A stretch of DNA of 64,000 bases from Octopus vulgaris (GCA_951406725.2 OX597824.1:80662001-80726000); one strand, 5' to 3'; shown: positions 17,136-32,099, numbered from the stretch's first letter. The notes: generated by a model from the sequence alone, not told the origin. Numbers and translations are program-made.

Positions 17136-18413
17136 CGAGGGACGTTCAATAAGTAATGCCTCTGACCCACTTGTAGCTGAAATTTTGCATGTGCAATTAT
17201 TTATATCTCTATAGATTAAGTGGCAAATTACAGCTCTGAACTAATTGTGGTTTCTGATTTACAGGTGTTTGAACCGAGTCAAGTGTTAATTGGAGCCTGT
17301 TGAGTGTCGAGCAGTGATTCAGTTTTTGTATTTGAAAGGACGCACACCACGGGAGACTTTTGATGAAATGAAAGTAACTTATGGTGATGATGCCCCATCA
17401 TATGACCTTGTAAAACGAAGGCATCGTGAATTCAAGCATGGTCGGAACTCTGTGGAAACAGCTCTCAGATCTGGTCGCCCCCCTTCTGCCGTTGATGAGG
17501 CATCTGTCCGTCAAGTTGAGGCTGCTATTTTGGAAGATCGACGCATAACAATTCGCCAAATAGCCCATGAGGTCAAGATTAGTACCGGGTCCGTGGAAAC
17601 TATCATTCATGACCATTTGCATATGCAAAAGGTGTCTGCCAGATGGATTCCCAGGTTGCTCACACCTTTCCAGAAGCAAGAACGCGTCGAGTGCTCGAGG
17701 ATGAATTTGGAGATGTGCCAAGAAGATGAGTCAAAATTTTTCAAAAGACTGATTACACAGGATGAAACCTGGGTCCATCACTATGATCAAGAGACCAAAG
17801 CCCAGTCAATGCAGTGGAAGCACCGTGACTCACCTCCTCCAAAGAAGGCAAGGGTGCAGCCCTCCGCTGGCAAGGTCGTGCTCACAGTCTTCTAGGATCA
17901 GGGCGAGGTAGTGATGACAGAGTTCCTGGCAAGGGGCACCACAATTACAGGAGCCTATTATGCTTCACTTTTGAGGAATTTAAGAGAAGCTACCAAAATC
18001 AAGAGGCGGGGCAAGATCAGCAAAGGCATCCTCCTCCTGCAGGACAACACTCCGGTCCACAACTCGTGTGTCACCAGATCAGAAGCACAGGCGTGCGGCT
18101 ATGAACTCCTCCCCCAACCCCCCTACTTTCCTGACCTTACACCCTCTGATTTTCACCTCTTCCCAGCCATGAAGTTGTTTTTGAAAGGAAAGCGTTTCCC
18201 AGATGATGCAGCCTTGATTTCTGAAGTCACGTCGTGGTTGGAGGACCAAGCTGGGGTCTTCTACAAAAACGGTCTCCAGAGCTGCATCAAACGATGGGAA
18301 AATGCGTAACTCTGGGTGGTTCCTATGTAGAAAAAGACTAATAACTGTGCCAAGTTTCGTTGCTGTACTGCTATGGGAAGTGGGTTAGGGGCATTACTTA
18401 TTGAACGCCCCTC

Positions 18414-18414
<1 letters not shown>
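17136..18414 (+). mobile_element. Full-length mariner DNA transposon (DD34D, irritans/Himar1-like), 1279 bp
   Basis: 37-bp TIRs cgagggacgttcaataagtaatgcctctgacccactt with 3 mismatches between ends; TA duplication at 17134-17135 and 18415-18416. Confidence 0.95.
17290..18341 (+). pseudogene. Mariner transposase pseudogene
   Basis: WIPRLL, TQDETWVHHY, LLQDNTPVH, PYFPDLTPSDFHLF motifs; TTG at the expected start, TAG at 17893-17895 in VF(W)D, and a 1-bp deletion near 18300 before [12 protein letters not shown]. Confidence 0.93.
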
Positions 18415-18455
<41 letters not shown>

Positions 18456-18784
18456 TTATATGTATGAATGTATATATATATATACACATATATATATATA
18501 TATTAATACATACATATATATATATATATTCATATCTATATTTATATATTTCTGCCTTTATATTATAAAATTGCGAATTAGCCACCCATATTGTTTTAAC
18601 CTTCACTTTTACTGTTTATGAAATCAACGTATCATTTTAACGGAGAAAGCCAACTGGGTTTAACCCTAGGAGCGACAAGAGTCATGGATGAGCATTAAGA
18701 TAGTGCTTCTTGGCTATTGAGTTGTTTTGACTCTTATTTCAAGCAATACTGGTGCTAATTACTGTCCTTTGTCACTATAGTGAC

Positions 18785-18853
<69 letters not shown>

Positions 18854-18863
18854 AGCTGCTAAA

Positions 18864-19051
18864 TGCAGGAAAGAGTGAGAAAAAGTTGTGGCGAAAGAGT
18901 CAGCTGAAGTTGGTCATTACATTCTGCCGGAGCCGCGTGGAGCTTAGGTCTTTCACTCATAAAAACACACACATGGCCCGGTCTGAGATTCGAACCCTCG
19001 ACCCCTCAACCGCGAGTCCGCTGCCCGAAGCACTGGGCCATTGCGCCTACA
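18864..19051 (-). mobile_element. SINE B2 (B head with alternative body), 5' half
   Basis: Matches 34348-34630 and 38087-38418. Confidence 0.8.
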
Positions 19052-19288
19052 CTATATACATACATATACATATACATATATATGCTTTTATGCATGATTA
19101 TTAATATGTACTTGAACGATTCTTTGCGTACGTGTGTGTTTGTGTGTTGATATATGCATACACACATATACACAGACACACTTACATACATACATAAATA
19201 TATACATAACCTAAACAACTACGATATGTGCTACCACGTACATACATACATATGTGCGTATATATATATAAATATATATATATATATA

Positions 19289-19412
19289 CAGCTTGCTTAC
19301 CAACCACATGGTTCTCGGTTTAGTCCCACTACGTGGCACCTTGGGCAAGTGTCTTCTACTATAGCCTCGGGCCGACCAAAGCATTACGGAAACTGAAAGA
19401 AGCCCGTCGTAT
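19289..19412 (+). mobile_element. SINE A 5' fragment with internal deletion
   Basis: gcttgcttaccaaccacatggtt...gaaagaagcccgtcg. Confidence 0.8.
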
Positions 19413-19566
19413 ATATGTATATATATGTGTATCCACACGTATATATATGTATGTATCTATCTACCTACCTAACTGCTACGTACGTACCTACTTACCTACC
19501 TACCTACCTACCTACCTACCTACCTACCTACCCACCTACCTACCTACCTACCTACCTACCTACCTA

Positions 19567-19597
<31 letters not shown>

Positions 19598-20843
19598 ATA
19601 TATCTACATATATATATGTGCATACACACATATACATAGACAGACAGACACACTCACACACACAAGTACATACACACCTGTGCTTACACAAAGAGATGTT
19701 AATCTCGTTATAATTTCCATTGACATATATATAAAGGGATATGCTTTATTGGCGATCATAATAATTGAGTGCATTCTATTCCTGTCAGTGTCCGTACTGC
19801 GGACATGCATGTAAGTTTGTCATGTTCTGAGTTCGTCAATCTGCCGGTTTCGTCTGTGTTTCAAATTATGGTCATACCCAAACGTTATGCTGACCTATCT
19901 ATAAGCATGTTTGTATACGCATAATATTTCGCACATGCGTACAAACATACACACATAAATAGGTATCTGCCGGCATACATACATACATGCAAACATATCT
20001 TCTTTTTTTTTATTTTTCTTTTCTTTTCTTTTTTTTTTTTTGTTCTTTTCTTCCCTTTTACGATCCCTCTTGATCGAAAACCTACGCCACCCCTTTCTTT
20101 TTTTTTGTTTCTTTTGTTTTTTGTTTTTTCATCCCCCAAAAGAAAAGCTCTACCTTGTAACTTGTCCCATCTGTGTGCAGCCCTGTGTGGCCAATAAAGA
20201 AACTTATATATATATATATGCATACATTCATACAAACAAACAAACATACATACATATACATACATACATACATACATACATACATACATACATACATACA
20301 TACATACATACATACACACGTACATACACGCATACAGACATACATAATACATGCATACATACATACATATATATCTATATCTATATCTATATATATGTAT
20401 ATATATATGCATACATTCATACAAACATACATACATACATACAAACATACATACATACATACGTACGTACATACATGTATGCATACATACACACGTACAT
20501 ACATACATATATACATACACAAATACATACATACATACATACATACATACATACATACATACATACATACATACATACATACATGCATGCATACATACAT
20601 GCACTAATACACGCTCTTTGGGAGCTTGTTTGCGGATGAACACCGAAATATAATATGGAAGACAATCGGCGGATAATGTCTGCATACTCTTGATTTCATC
20701 TTGGCGTTAAAGAAACGCCACAGAATGCCATAATTCTTCATTAATTAACCGAATGCACTGTCAATCCATATTGTAAATTTTATTTTTGTATATTTTAAAA
20801 TATTTCACTATATTAGATTTTATATAAACATATATATATATAT

Positions 20844-20931
<88 letters not shown>

Positions 20932-21697
20932 GTATATATCAAATTTTATTTGGTATATATATTTATTTGACAGTCTAGATTTCATGTGAATGAAATAATG
21001 TATAAAATATATTACCAAACAATAATAAAATAATGAACAAATTACGAATTCATACGAATTGCGACAAGGGAGATAAATCAAAACATGTTACGACAGGGGA
21101 GATAAATCAAAGTAAAAAAAAAAAAAGAAACAAAATACGAAATTGAAGTAAAGGAAACGGAAACAAAAGAGGCAGAACGTTGAGATAAATAATTGGTACG
21201 GGTTCACATAGGTGGCGCTAAAATTCAAGATTTTTATTTGTTTGTTTATTTAATTCAAGCTATCGATTGTGTACATGAGAAGATCTGCACAGAATAGATA
21301 ACACTGGCGATAGGTTCTGCTTCTCTGGCTCTCCACCCCTCTCTCTGTCTTTCTGTATCTATCCGCTTATCTGCATGGCTGACATTTTGTCTCTCTATAT
21401 ATCTGTATATTCATGCATCTGTATATATGTATATATGTGTATATGTACGCAGGCTTGTGTGTATGTATGTATGTATGTATGTATGTATGTATATAAGTAT
21501 GTATGTATATATATATGTATGTTTGTACATGTACATATACATGAATACTTACATTTATATCTGTCTGTCTGTCTATCTGTCTCTTTGTCTGTCTCTCTAT
21601 CTATCTATCTATCTATCTATCTATTTATCTATCTATCTATTTATCTATCTACCTATGTAACTATCTATTTATCTATCTATGTCTGTCTGTCTTTCTG

Positions 21698-21774
<77 letters not shown>

Positions 21775-21779
21775 GCAGC

Positions 21780-22790
21780 TGCTTTTCTTTGTACATCCTG
21801 CCGTGAAGTGGGCTCATCAGGGATTTCGAATAGAAATTTGCATTGGTGCTTTTTTGAACCTTTTCATACCTACACCTTGCAGATCTCTTTGGTTCCTTGG
21901 CAGGATGTTAAACAGTTGTGGTACCCTGAAATTCAAGCTGATGCAATACCGGGTCCTTATCTGAGCTGAAGGAGACGGTATCTTTGGAATTATACAGTGC
22001 CACCCATTTCGATGGCTTTTATAGCTTTTATTCCCAAAGCTGTGAGCTAGACTTTCCAGGACCTTTCATATGTATATTATTGCATACCCATCTCGCCTTC
22101 TCTCCAGAGAGCAGAGCTTCAGTTGCTGTAGCCTCTCCCAGGAGCTCATCTATTTTACGGAGTTAATCTTCTTTGTGTAGTGGCGTTGGATTGCCTCAAG
22201 TTCCACCGCCAATTTCACACTCTGCGGCGAACACAGTTAAGAACAGTAATCTTGGCGACTGAGGAAAACTGTGCTCCATAAGAGTAGCGAGGTATCCTTA
22301 TTTCTGGTTCTGAATGATCTCAGGATCCATCCAGCTACTCGCCAGCTAGGAGATACCATCCTAGCAATATGCACATAAAATGTTGCATCACTACTCAGGT
22401 GGATTCCTAGGTCACGCACCGATTCTAAACCCTGGGATTGCACTGCCCCCTTGTCCTATGTTTTCCAATTGTAGTCTATTTGTGGGCGGAGTACTTGAGA
22501 CTTATCAGCACTGAGCTGCATGTTATTTATATCAGCCCATTTATATATTGCATGGAGGCCATTTTGAAGTTTTGCTGTCATCAGTGTCTGAGACACTTTG
22601 AATTATCGTCGTAGCTGGTGAAAGTAGCCGACAGTACGATTGACGGCTTGTCTGAGAGATCCACAACAAACAGTAGTGCTCCCAAAACAGCTCCCTGCGG
22701 AACTCCGCTGCGAGTTGATGTGTCTCCAGAGGAAGCACCATTGGCTGCAACTGCCTGATTTTTGTCCTTTAAAAATCAGGCAGTTTTTGT
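21780..22790 (-). pseudogene. Decayed reverse transcriptase ORF 3' half of a CR1/L2/jockey-group LINE
   Basis: Minus-strand translation gives RSGVPQGAVLGALLFV (~22710-22665), DDSK (~22580), RDLGIHLSSDATF..HI..GWILRSFRTR (ORF 22237-22443), PQLFNILP and IPDEPT near the end; many stops and frameshifts. Confidence 0.85.
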
Positions 22791-23018
22791 CCTACATACA
22801 TAGAGGCATACATACATACCAGACAGACAGACAGACAGACAGACAGAAAGATAGATAGATAAATAGATAGCTAGATAGGCAGACAGATGTAATGATAGAT
22901 TAAAAGAGTGATAGTTAGATAAATAGATAGAGACACAGTTAGATAGATATATATGTATATATGCATGTATGTTTGTATTATATATGCATGCATGTATGTA
23001 TGTATGTATGTATGTATG

Positions 23019-23054
<36 letters not shown>

Positions 23055-23246
23055 TGTATGTATGTATGTATGTATGTATGTATGTATGTAGGTAGGTAGG
23101 TAGGTAGATGGGTGGGTGTATATGATATGTATCTGAGTAGAGAGTGAGATAGAGAGAAACTAAGAGAGTGTGATTCTGTACGTGTACGTGTGTGTAAGAT
23201 AGAGAGGTGGAGAGAGCAAGACAGAGACAATGAGCTAGAGAGATAG

Positions 23247-23297
<51 letters not shown>

Positions 23298-23655
23298 AGA
23301 ACAGCAAAAATTGTGTAGAATCGTCCCCAGTAAATCACCGGTCTTTATTTCTCGACCCGTAAGATTGAAATGCAAAAATTTCGCAAATCGTTATAACAGG
23401 GGCCTCAATAGATATGGAAATAAATTTGCTGTTACAACAATAACTTATCAAATTTTAGTGGAGTTTAAATCGAACTTGGTACTTTATACAATATACATAG
23501 GAACTATATGAAAATATATTGATATTTTGAGAGAAAATAAACTGAATTAATCCTAACAAAATATATGCCAGACCTACCGAAGTAATTACTTAAATATATT
23601 CACATCAATATACAAATATTACAATAAATTCATATATATATATATATATATATAT

Positions 23656-23754
<99 letters not shown>

Positions 23755-23780
23755 TAGATATATACACATATATACACATG

Positions 23781-23811
<31 letters not shown>

Positions 23812-23812
23812 G

Positions 23813-23865
<53 letters not shown>

Positions 23866-24506
23866 TCACATGAATATATAAATAACAAAAAAATTCATAC
23901 ATGTCTTCACATGAATATATACATATTAATAAATGAATGCATCCATATATTCACCTGAATATATTCAAGTAATTATTTAAAAGTGTCTAGCCAATATATA
24001 ACTTTTGGTGTCATTGTGTTTTAGTTGTATTATTTTTACACTCACATCACGTACAAGTGAGTCTACTCTAAATTAATTATATGATACAGAAGTCTATCTC
24101 GGGGGTATTGTAACATCTACATAATATTGATAAACACACCCAGCATTCCTGTATATAAATTGACCGTGCTAAATGAAACCAGTTGCCAATGAATATCTTT
24201 TATTTATAAAGCCTTACTAAGTGAAAACATGTACGTTGTTTTCGCGAAGTGGCGAACAGAACAAGGATTACCACTATTGACTGTTGTATGTTATTGACTG
24301 TTGTTGCTCAACATTTGGATCAGCTGTTATTGTAGAAACTATATCCACTTGCTTCCTGTTTTTAGATTTAAATACTCTGAACATGAGCTGTTAATGCGAA
24401 GATAATCTCTAACGAATGATTGTTCGGTACTCGATATATGATTTATACGAGACGACTTCATACTGAACGTTCTGGTGATTTTCCCTTTATCCAATGTTGT
24501 TACATA

Positions 24507-24638
24507 TTGTTTGTTCCTTCTCGAGCCACGCCTGGCTCATAAGGGCCGGTTTCCCGGTTTCCTTGGAGCATAGGCTCCCCACCTGGACGGGACCCCAGTC
24601 CATCGCAGGTGAGCTGCAAGCTGGAGGAGGAAAGAGTG
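24507..24638 (-). mobile_element. SINE B2 3' fragment
   Basis: Reverse complement matches the 3' half of 38087-38418. Confidence 0.75.
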
Positions 24639-24646
24639 TGTGTGTC

Positions 24647-24698
<52 letters not shown>

Positions 24699-24703
24699 TG
24701 TGA

Positions 24704-24844
<141 letters not shown>

Positions 24845-25091
24845 TAATGATAGTTATGCTATTACACAGTTGCTTGTAGTTAATTTCAGTTGGGTAGACT
24901 GATCTAACGTAAAGCGCAACCCCTTGTTCCAAGACATGTGGCACCCGGTCCCCGAATCGTACCCAAGACGTTATGATTTTCAAGCTCAACAAGCACAAGC
25001 AATCGCTCTAACCACCAGACTACGAGGATGGGGGGGTCGTACGCGCGCGCGTACACACAAATGCAAAAACCCGCACGTATATATGCATGTA

Positions 25092-25508
25092 TTCTTTTCT
25101 TTTATTCTTTTACTCGTTTCAGTTAATTGACTGCAGCCATGCTGGAGCACCGCCTTTAGTCGAACAATCGACACCAGAACTTATTCTTTGTAAACCTAGT
25201 ACTTATTCTTTCGGTTTCTTTTGTCGAACTGCTAAGTTACGGGGACGTAAACACACCAGCATCGGTTGTCAAGCGATTTTGAGGGGGTCAAAGACAGATC
25301 CAAGTGCATTTATATATATATATATACACACACATATATATATATACATACATACACGACGAGTTTCTTTCAACTTCCGTCCACCAAATCCACTCACAAG
25401 GCCTTAGTCGGCCGGAGGCTATAGTAGAAGACACATGCGCAAGGTGTCACGCAGTGGGACTGAACTCAGAACGATCTGGTTGGTAAGCAAGCTTCTTACC
25501 ACTCCTGC
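25092..25508 (-). mobile_element. SINE A, near full length
   Basis: Matches the other SINE A copies. Confidence 0.85.
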
Positions 25509-25525
25509 TACTACACACACACACA

Positions 25526-25628
<103 letters not shown>

Positions 25629-25706
25629 AAGAAAGATTGAGCCAGAAGGACGAAGAAGCGAGACTGAGATAAAAAGGTGTCAAATAGGAAATAGAATGAT
25701 AGTTAG

Positions 25707-25740
<34 letters not shown>

Positions 25741-26221
25741 TAAGAGGGAGTGAGGGAGTGAGGAAGAGAGTATGAGGGAGAGAAACTCATATGCATGGGT
25801 TGTGTGTTTGCGTATAATTAAAGTAACTCCAGCGACATATTTCGATTCACCACTGTAACATTATATGGCGTGGCAACACCGAAACGAAATTTATGTTACA
25901 CGCATACTTTTTTTATTGACCCTTCTATAGGTCGGATTTAAATATTAAACCAAAAACCATTCCGCAACTGGAACGAAATCTATACAAAAACTATAGAAAA
26001 TATTTAGTGAAAAAAATAACAAGAACATTTTTCAGAAACCCATAAATTATTTCAGTGTGGAACCTTGTAAATTGTATATTCATATTGCAGAATATAATTT
26101 ATATTATATTACATATTGACATAAAAAAGCAATAAATTTCCAACGCTAATAGGAATAACACTGTTATCAAATTTGATATAATTACGGTATAATGGAATAA
26201 CAGTAAAATAATGTAGCTGAG

Positions 26222-26278
<57 letters not shown>

Positions 26279-26333
26279 CGGGATGACCACTACGTGGACA
26301 ACCCTTATGCTAGAAGTAGATCCGTTTTGGACT

Positions 26334-27131
26334 TACCTATTTATTTACTAGCCACAAGGGGCTAAACACAGAGGGGACAAACAAAGACAGACAAACGGAT
26401 TATGTCGATTATATCGACATCAGTGCGTAACTGGTACTTATTTAATCGATCCAAAAATAATAAAAGGTAAAGTCGACTTCGACGGAATTTGAGCTCAGAA
26501 CGTAAAGACGACGAAATGTATATATTTTTTACTACCCACAAGGGGCTAAACACAGAGAGGACAAACAAGGACAGACAAACGGATTAAGTCGATTATATCG
26601 ATCCCAGTGCGCAACTGGTACTTATTTAATTGACCCCGAAAGGATGAAAAGCAAAGTCGACCTCGGCAGAATTTGAACTCAGAACGTAACGGCAGACGAA
26701 ATACCGCTAAGTAATTTGCCCGGCGTGCTAACGTTTCTTATTTCTTTATTGTCCACAAGGGGCTAAACATAGAGGGAACAAACAAGGACAGACAAATAGA
26801 TTAAGTCGATTATATGGACCCCAGTGCGTAACTGGTACTTAATTTATCGGCCCCGAAAGGATGAAAAGCATATCGACTTCGCCGAAATGTGAACTCAGAA
26901 CGTAACGGCTGACAAAATACCTATTTATTTACTACATACAAGGTTCTAAACACAGAGAGGACAAACAAGGACAGACAAACGGATTAAGTCGATTATATCG
27001 ACCCCAGTGCGTAACTGGTACTTAATTTATCGACCCCGAAAGGACGAAAGGCAAGTCGACCACGGCAGAATTTGAACCCAGAACTTAAGCATTTCGCCCG
27101 GCGTGCTAACCCTTCTGCCAGCTTGCTGCCT
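26334..27131 (-). mobile_element. SINE C multimer (about 4 units)
   Basis: Four repeats of ggctaaacacagagaggacaaac...gaactcagaacg, with the head at about 27085-27131. Confidence 0.85.
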
Positions 27132-27841
27132 TTCAGTTACATTAATCTGATTGGCATACTATAGTCTACTTAAATTTGCTAAATCATTTTATCCTAGATT
27201 TTACTATCTGAAAGCACCTCACAGAAACCAAACATTGAAGATAGCGTTACAATGAACAATCAGTACAAATGCTAGAAATAGCAACCAAATCTCCCTACTG
27301 ACGAAATAATCGAAAAATGTTTTAGATAACTCATAGGAGAAAACAAAAGACAAATTACAAAAAAAAAAAAACATGATCAGGGAGTGGAATCCATTTGAAC
27401 ATACATCTGACCATGGGCTAAAAAAATCGGTACAATATATGACTAAGAACCAGCTGAGCAGCTGTAAAACTTTAATTAAGCTTAATCCGCTAAGACATTA
27501 ATTATATTCCCCATTAGCCTTATTCGTAAAATGAATGAATTTATTGGAAATTATATTTCCTCTGCAATTTGTTCCAAATACGGAGAGATAATATCTAAAT
27601 ATTTAATAGAGAGAAAGATTTGAAGCAATATGTTATAACACTCAGCGATTATTTCAAAACGGACCAAATTACGTCATCATAATACATTAGGCTGTATTAT
27701 ATATACGACATTGTATGCATCCATCCATACATACACATAGATATATATATAAATATATACGGACATAAATGCATCTATCTATATATAAATGAGTGTGCAT
27801 GTGTTTGAGTATCGTGTGTCTAAGTTTATATGTGTGTATGC

Positions 27842-27899
<58 letters not shown>

Positions 27900-28052
27900 T
27901 CATACACAGTTACGAAATATATGTATATATATTTGTTTGTATGCGTGTGTATTTGTGTGTGTATGTGTGTGTAACTGCCATGTTGGAAACCGAACGTAGA
28001 AGGAAAATGAAATATGACAGAAACAAAGAAAAAATTATATATTAACAAACGA

Positions 28053-28185
28053 AATAATAATAATTATAACAATAATAATAATAATAACAATAATAACAAT
28101 AATGATAATAACAACAATAATAACAATAATAATAGCAACAACAACAACAACAACAAAAGCAATAGTAATAATAATAATAATGATG

Positions 28186-28280
<95 letters not shown>
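28053..28280. repeat. (AAT)n/(AAC)n array
   Basis: Read directly. Confidence 0.95.
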
Positions 28281-28282
<2 letters not shown>

Positions 28283-28860
28283 TAGTATTAATGATAATAG
28301 AAATAAGAACGAATCTGAAGCAAACCAAAATAATAATAATAAAATATTTCTCTCTTAATTTTTATGCTATATTTTTCACTTTGATTCTTTTTAGGTATTG
28401 TGAAGAATGCAAAATATCTTATGCTGCAGAAGAACGTGTTGAAATTGTGTTGCGTTGGCAAGAAACCGTCAGAAGATTCCCTCAAAACACTTCAAAAATT
28501 TGTTGGATTTCTTCGAAGAAAATACTGGTTCCTTAACACCTGAAAGGTGTCAAAATGTCATTCCAGGTTTCCATTAAGGATTGTGAATTTGCCTTTTAAA
28601 ATAGTGACTCATCTGTTCAAAAAATATTAATATTTTTTTTTTTTTTTCTTGTGGTCCTTGTTTCCTTCGCTGATAAAAGAATTCCTTTTGATTTCAATTT
28701 ATTTTCAGATTCGAATCTGTAACATTCTTTATGTAATCACCACATGAACACGCAAAGCCAGATGCTCTCGCAAACTCACGCACTCACTTAAGCACGTACG
28801 CATGCGCGAACGCACGCACGCACACACACACATACACACACACACACACACACAAAAGCG

Positions 28861-28892
<32 letters not shown>

Positions 28893-29106
28893 AACATGCA
28901 TACATTGCATAGGTGATAACTTCATATCTGAGTAAAGTTTTAAGTATACTCAAGCACATTCACACACCAAGCATGCACACATCAAATATTATTACGTAAC
29001 TGGAATGTTACATATACGTACATGTGTGTATATTTGTATATATGGACCGCTAAAGCACTGAAATCTACTTCTTTTTTTCATTCTCTTTCTGTTTTTTTCC
29101 CTTATT

Positions 29107-29145
29107 TCTTTCTGTTGAAGAGCGTAGGCTCGAAACGTAAAAGAC
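29107..29145 (+). ncRNA. Minimal type I hammerhead-ribozyme-like motif with atypical core (Penelope-like remnant)
   Basis: tcttt-CTGTTGAA-gagc gtag gctc-GAAA-cg-TA-aaaga; second copy at 61102-61140 on the minus strand. Activity unproven. Confidence 0.4.
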
Positions 29146-29261
29146 TTTTTCATTTTTCCTGTGACTCAAACTATTACACTTGCTTGTTTTTCATACACCT
29201 ATTTTCATCTTGTTTTTTTTTTTTAAATAAGTTTCAAATATATATATATATATATATATAC

Positions 29262-29370
29262 AGACAAAATGTACGATAGATGAAAGAAGGTTATAGTGAC
29301 GAAGCACCACCATAGGACGTAGTCAAGCACTGGTATCGCCTGTTCAAATATGGTCCTATTCCTGGATGAC
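29262..29370 (+). mobile_element. Short mariner N-terminal remnant
   Basis: GYSDEAPP*DVVKHWYRLFKYG aligns with TYGDDAPSYDLVKRRHREFKHG of the 17.3-kb transposase. Confidence 0.6.
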
Positions 29371-29617
29371 TACATTTCCCCATTGATTGATTAAGACACC
29401 ATCCATAAATTGTTATTCTTTCACTTTTGACACATAATATTGTAAGGGATAAGAGATTGCTCCGGGCTCGCATTAGGCAGGAAGTTGAAAAGATTTTTGC
29501 CCACGACACACCATGTACCATAAATAAGGCATGTGTAAAATTTGAATGAAATCGGTTGAATAATTCTCGACTTTTATTGATGCACTCATACAGGAAGACA
29601 CACACATTCTCAGTTTA

Positions 29618-29655
<38 letters not shown>

Positions 29656-30423
29656 CCATATATCTAATATAATGAAATAAATTATAATGACGTAATTTGA
29701 TACAAATATTACATAATAGATATAAATTATAGGAAAATGTATATTAATACAACAACAGTATCTGCTTATTAAATATTATGATAAATTCTCATCGCAGGTG
29801 AAATATCATTTCCAACTAATTTGTCCATTCTCTGAGTATGATTTCAATGATATAGAGATAAATGTCATGTGAGGAAAAATTTACAGTTGCTTAGTAAACT
29901 GACAGTAATATTGTCTACTGATTGGTATTTGGTAGCAGGTTAGTCTTGCTAATGCATACCTAGTATATGAAATGTGTTTTAGTTCGAGCAATCCATCATT
30001 TTACGTTCTGAGCATTTATGTTCTCCAGTATGTGTTCTAGCTGGATATACATGAGATTTAAAAAAGATTTAGCTTGCTATTTCTAGCTGACCGAGGGACC
30101 TTATGGAGATCTCCTCTTTAACTTGTCTAAGTAAATTGAAACTTTTATCTTCAATCATTGTAAGTGTGACTTTTGTAGGCGTAAAATCTTTCATCACGTA
30201 ATGAAGGAAGACCTATACTGATGAGGTTCATTTTGACCGAAACAACCTGACATTTGTTTCCTTTGCCTGCAAAGATCGTATTCTTTTTCTTTTACGAGAG
30301 TAAATTAGTTTATTTATATGGTTTTTCACTTTCCTGAGATTCTCTTTGTTTTTCTAATGCGAGTCTTAGCAACTTCCACTAGAGTTTACGCTTCCTATTC
30401 CAAGTAGAAATTTCAAAGAAACA

Positions 30424-30436
30424 TATTATTATTATT

Positions 30437-30493
<57 letters not shown>

Positions 30494-30540
30494 GTCATCG
30501 TCATCGTCATCGTCGTCGTCGTCGTCGTTGTCGTCGTCGT

Positions 30541-30571
<31 letters not shown>

Positions 30572-30606
30572 CTTCTTCTTCTTCTTATTATTATTATTAT
30601 TATTAA

Positions 30607-30685
<79 letters not shown>

Positions 30686-30686
30686 T
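30424..30686. repeat. Compound (ATC)/(GTC)/(TTG)/(TTC)/(TTA) trinucleotide array
   Basis: Read directly. Confidence 0.95.
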
Positions 30687-31095
30687 TGTGAGTACAACCT
30701 ACTACATATAACCCATTTACTTCTCTGCTTATTTTGGATTACTCAATTAATTTTCCTTTTCCTTTATCCCCTCCTCTTTTCCCTTTTTCATTAAAAAAAA
30801 AACTGATCCGAAACGTCAACGTTTATTTACTTCATTCGTTTAGCTTATCGTCGGTCGTTTTTATATGTTGCGATATCATTATATATTTGTCCCAACTAAT
30901 TTATTAATTTAAAATGTGTGTATACTTGTGGAACTATTCATTTGTATATACAAATGTATTTGGTTAATGTCCACCCCGAACTGAACTACTTTCTCAGATT
31001 ATAATGTCGACTCTCTCAGACAGCCATTTTCGAGTCCTTTCGATTGCAATCTAAGATTATATCGTATCCATAATATTTAATTTGTTGCATCATAT

Positions 31096-31134
<39 letters not shown>

Positions 31135-31188
31135 GATATACACACATATGTAAACATATCTATCTATCAGTCAATCAATATATATCTG

Positions 31189-31247
<59 letters not shown>

Positions 31248-31252
31248 GTCTG

Positions 31253-31310
<58 letters not shown>

Positions 31311-31334
31311 AGTCAATCAATATATCTGCCTGTA

Positions 31335-31391
<57 letters not shown>

Positions 31392-31417
31392 GTTTATCTG
31401 TCTGTCTATCTATCGAC

Positions 31418-31467
<50 letters not shown>

Positions 31468-32099
31468 GTACACATACATATATATACACATACATACACA
31501 CATATGGTTACATGACTCTTCGTGCCCAGTACCCATATACATTTCTATACACAAAATAAATCTGTAGGGAGAGAGATCGGGAACAATAACTAAATAAATA
31601 AATAAATAAATAAATACAGCGAAAAAGTAAACGACAGATAGACAGAAGTAGAGAAAATAAAAAGAGTTTGCGCTTGTGTGTAATTGTATGTTAAGAAAAC
31701 GTATATCGGCCACTGGAGCGTTCAACATCATGTCGCCATTGTCTTGTAACAAAACGTCTGATAAAGCTCATAGACACACTCGCCACATTTTGATAAAAGA
31801 CATGAAATAACAACAACAACAACAAGAACAAAAAGAAAATAGAAGTAAAAAAATATATATATGCAGAATAATAACAACAAAATGTAGAAGAACAGTAATA
31901 ATAATAATAATAATAAGAAAATCAACATTATACAAAATCAAATCTACATTGAAGTAAACGATATATATGAATTAAAATGAAAGGAAGGAGAAACATAATG
32001 GACGACTTGTTGATTATATTCCGTCGTCTTGTGAAAATATGTTATTATATCTATACTTGTGAATAAGTGGTAATGACAATGAAAATAAGAATGGAAAGA

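Noticed and set aside
21808-21823. CTGATGAG on the minus strand as a hammerhead
   Set aside because: It is the coding sequence for IPDEP at the end of the LINE RT remnant.
28380-28540. Possible exon or transposase start (YAAEERVEIVL) after a polypyrimidine-AG
   Set aside because: Too short and degraded to assign; only faint resemblance to a Tc1/mariner N-terminus.
30218-30250. CTGATGA-ggttcattttgacc-GAAAC hammerhead core
   Set aside because: Stem II is plausible but there is no NUH triplet in register and no stem I; at best a dead relic.
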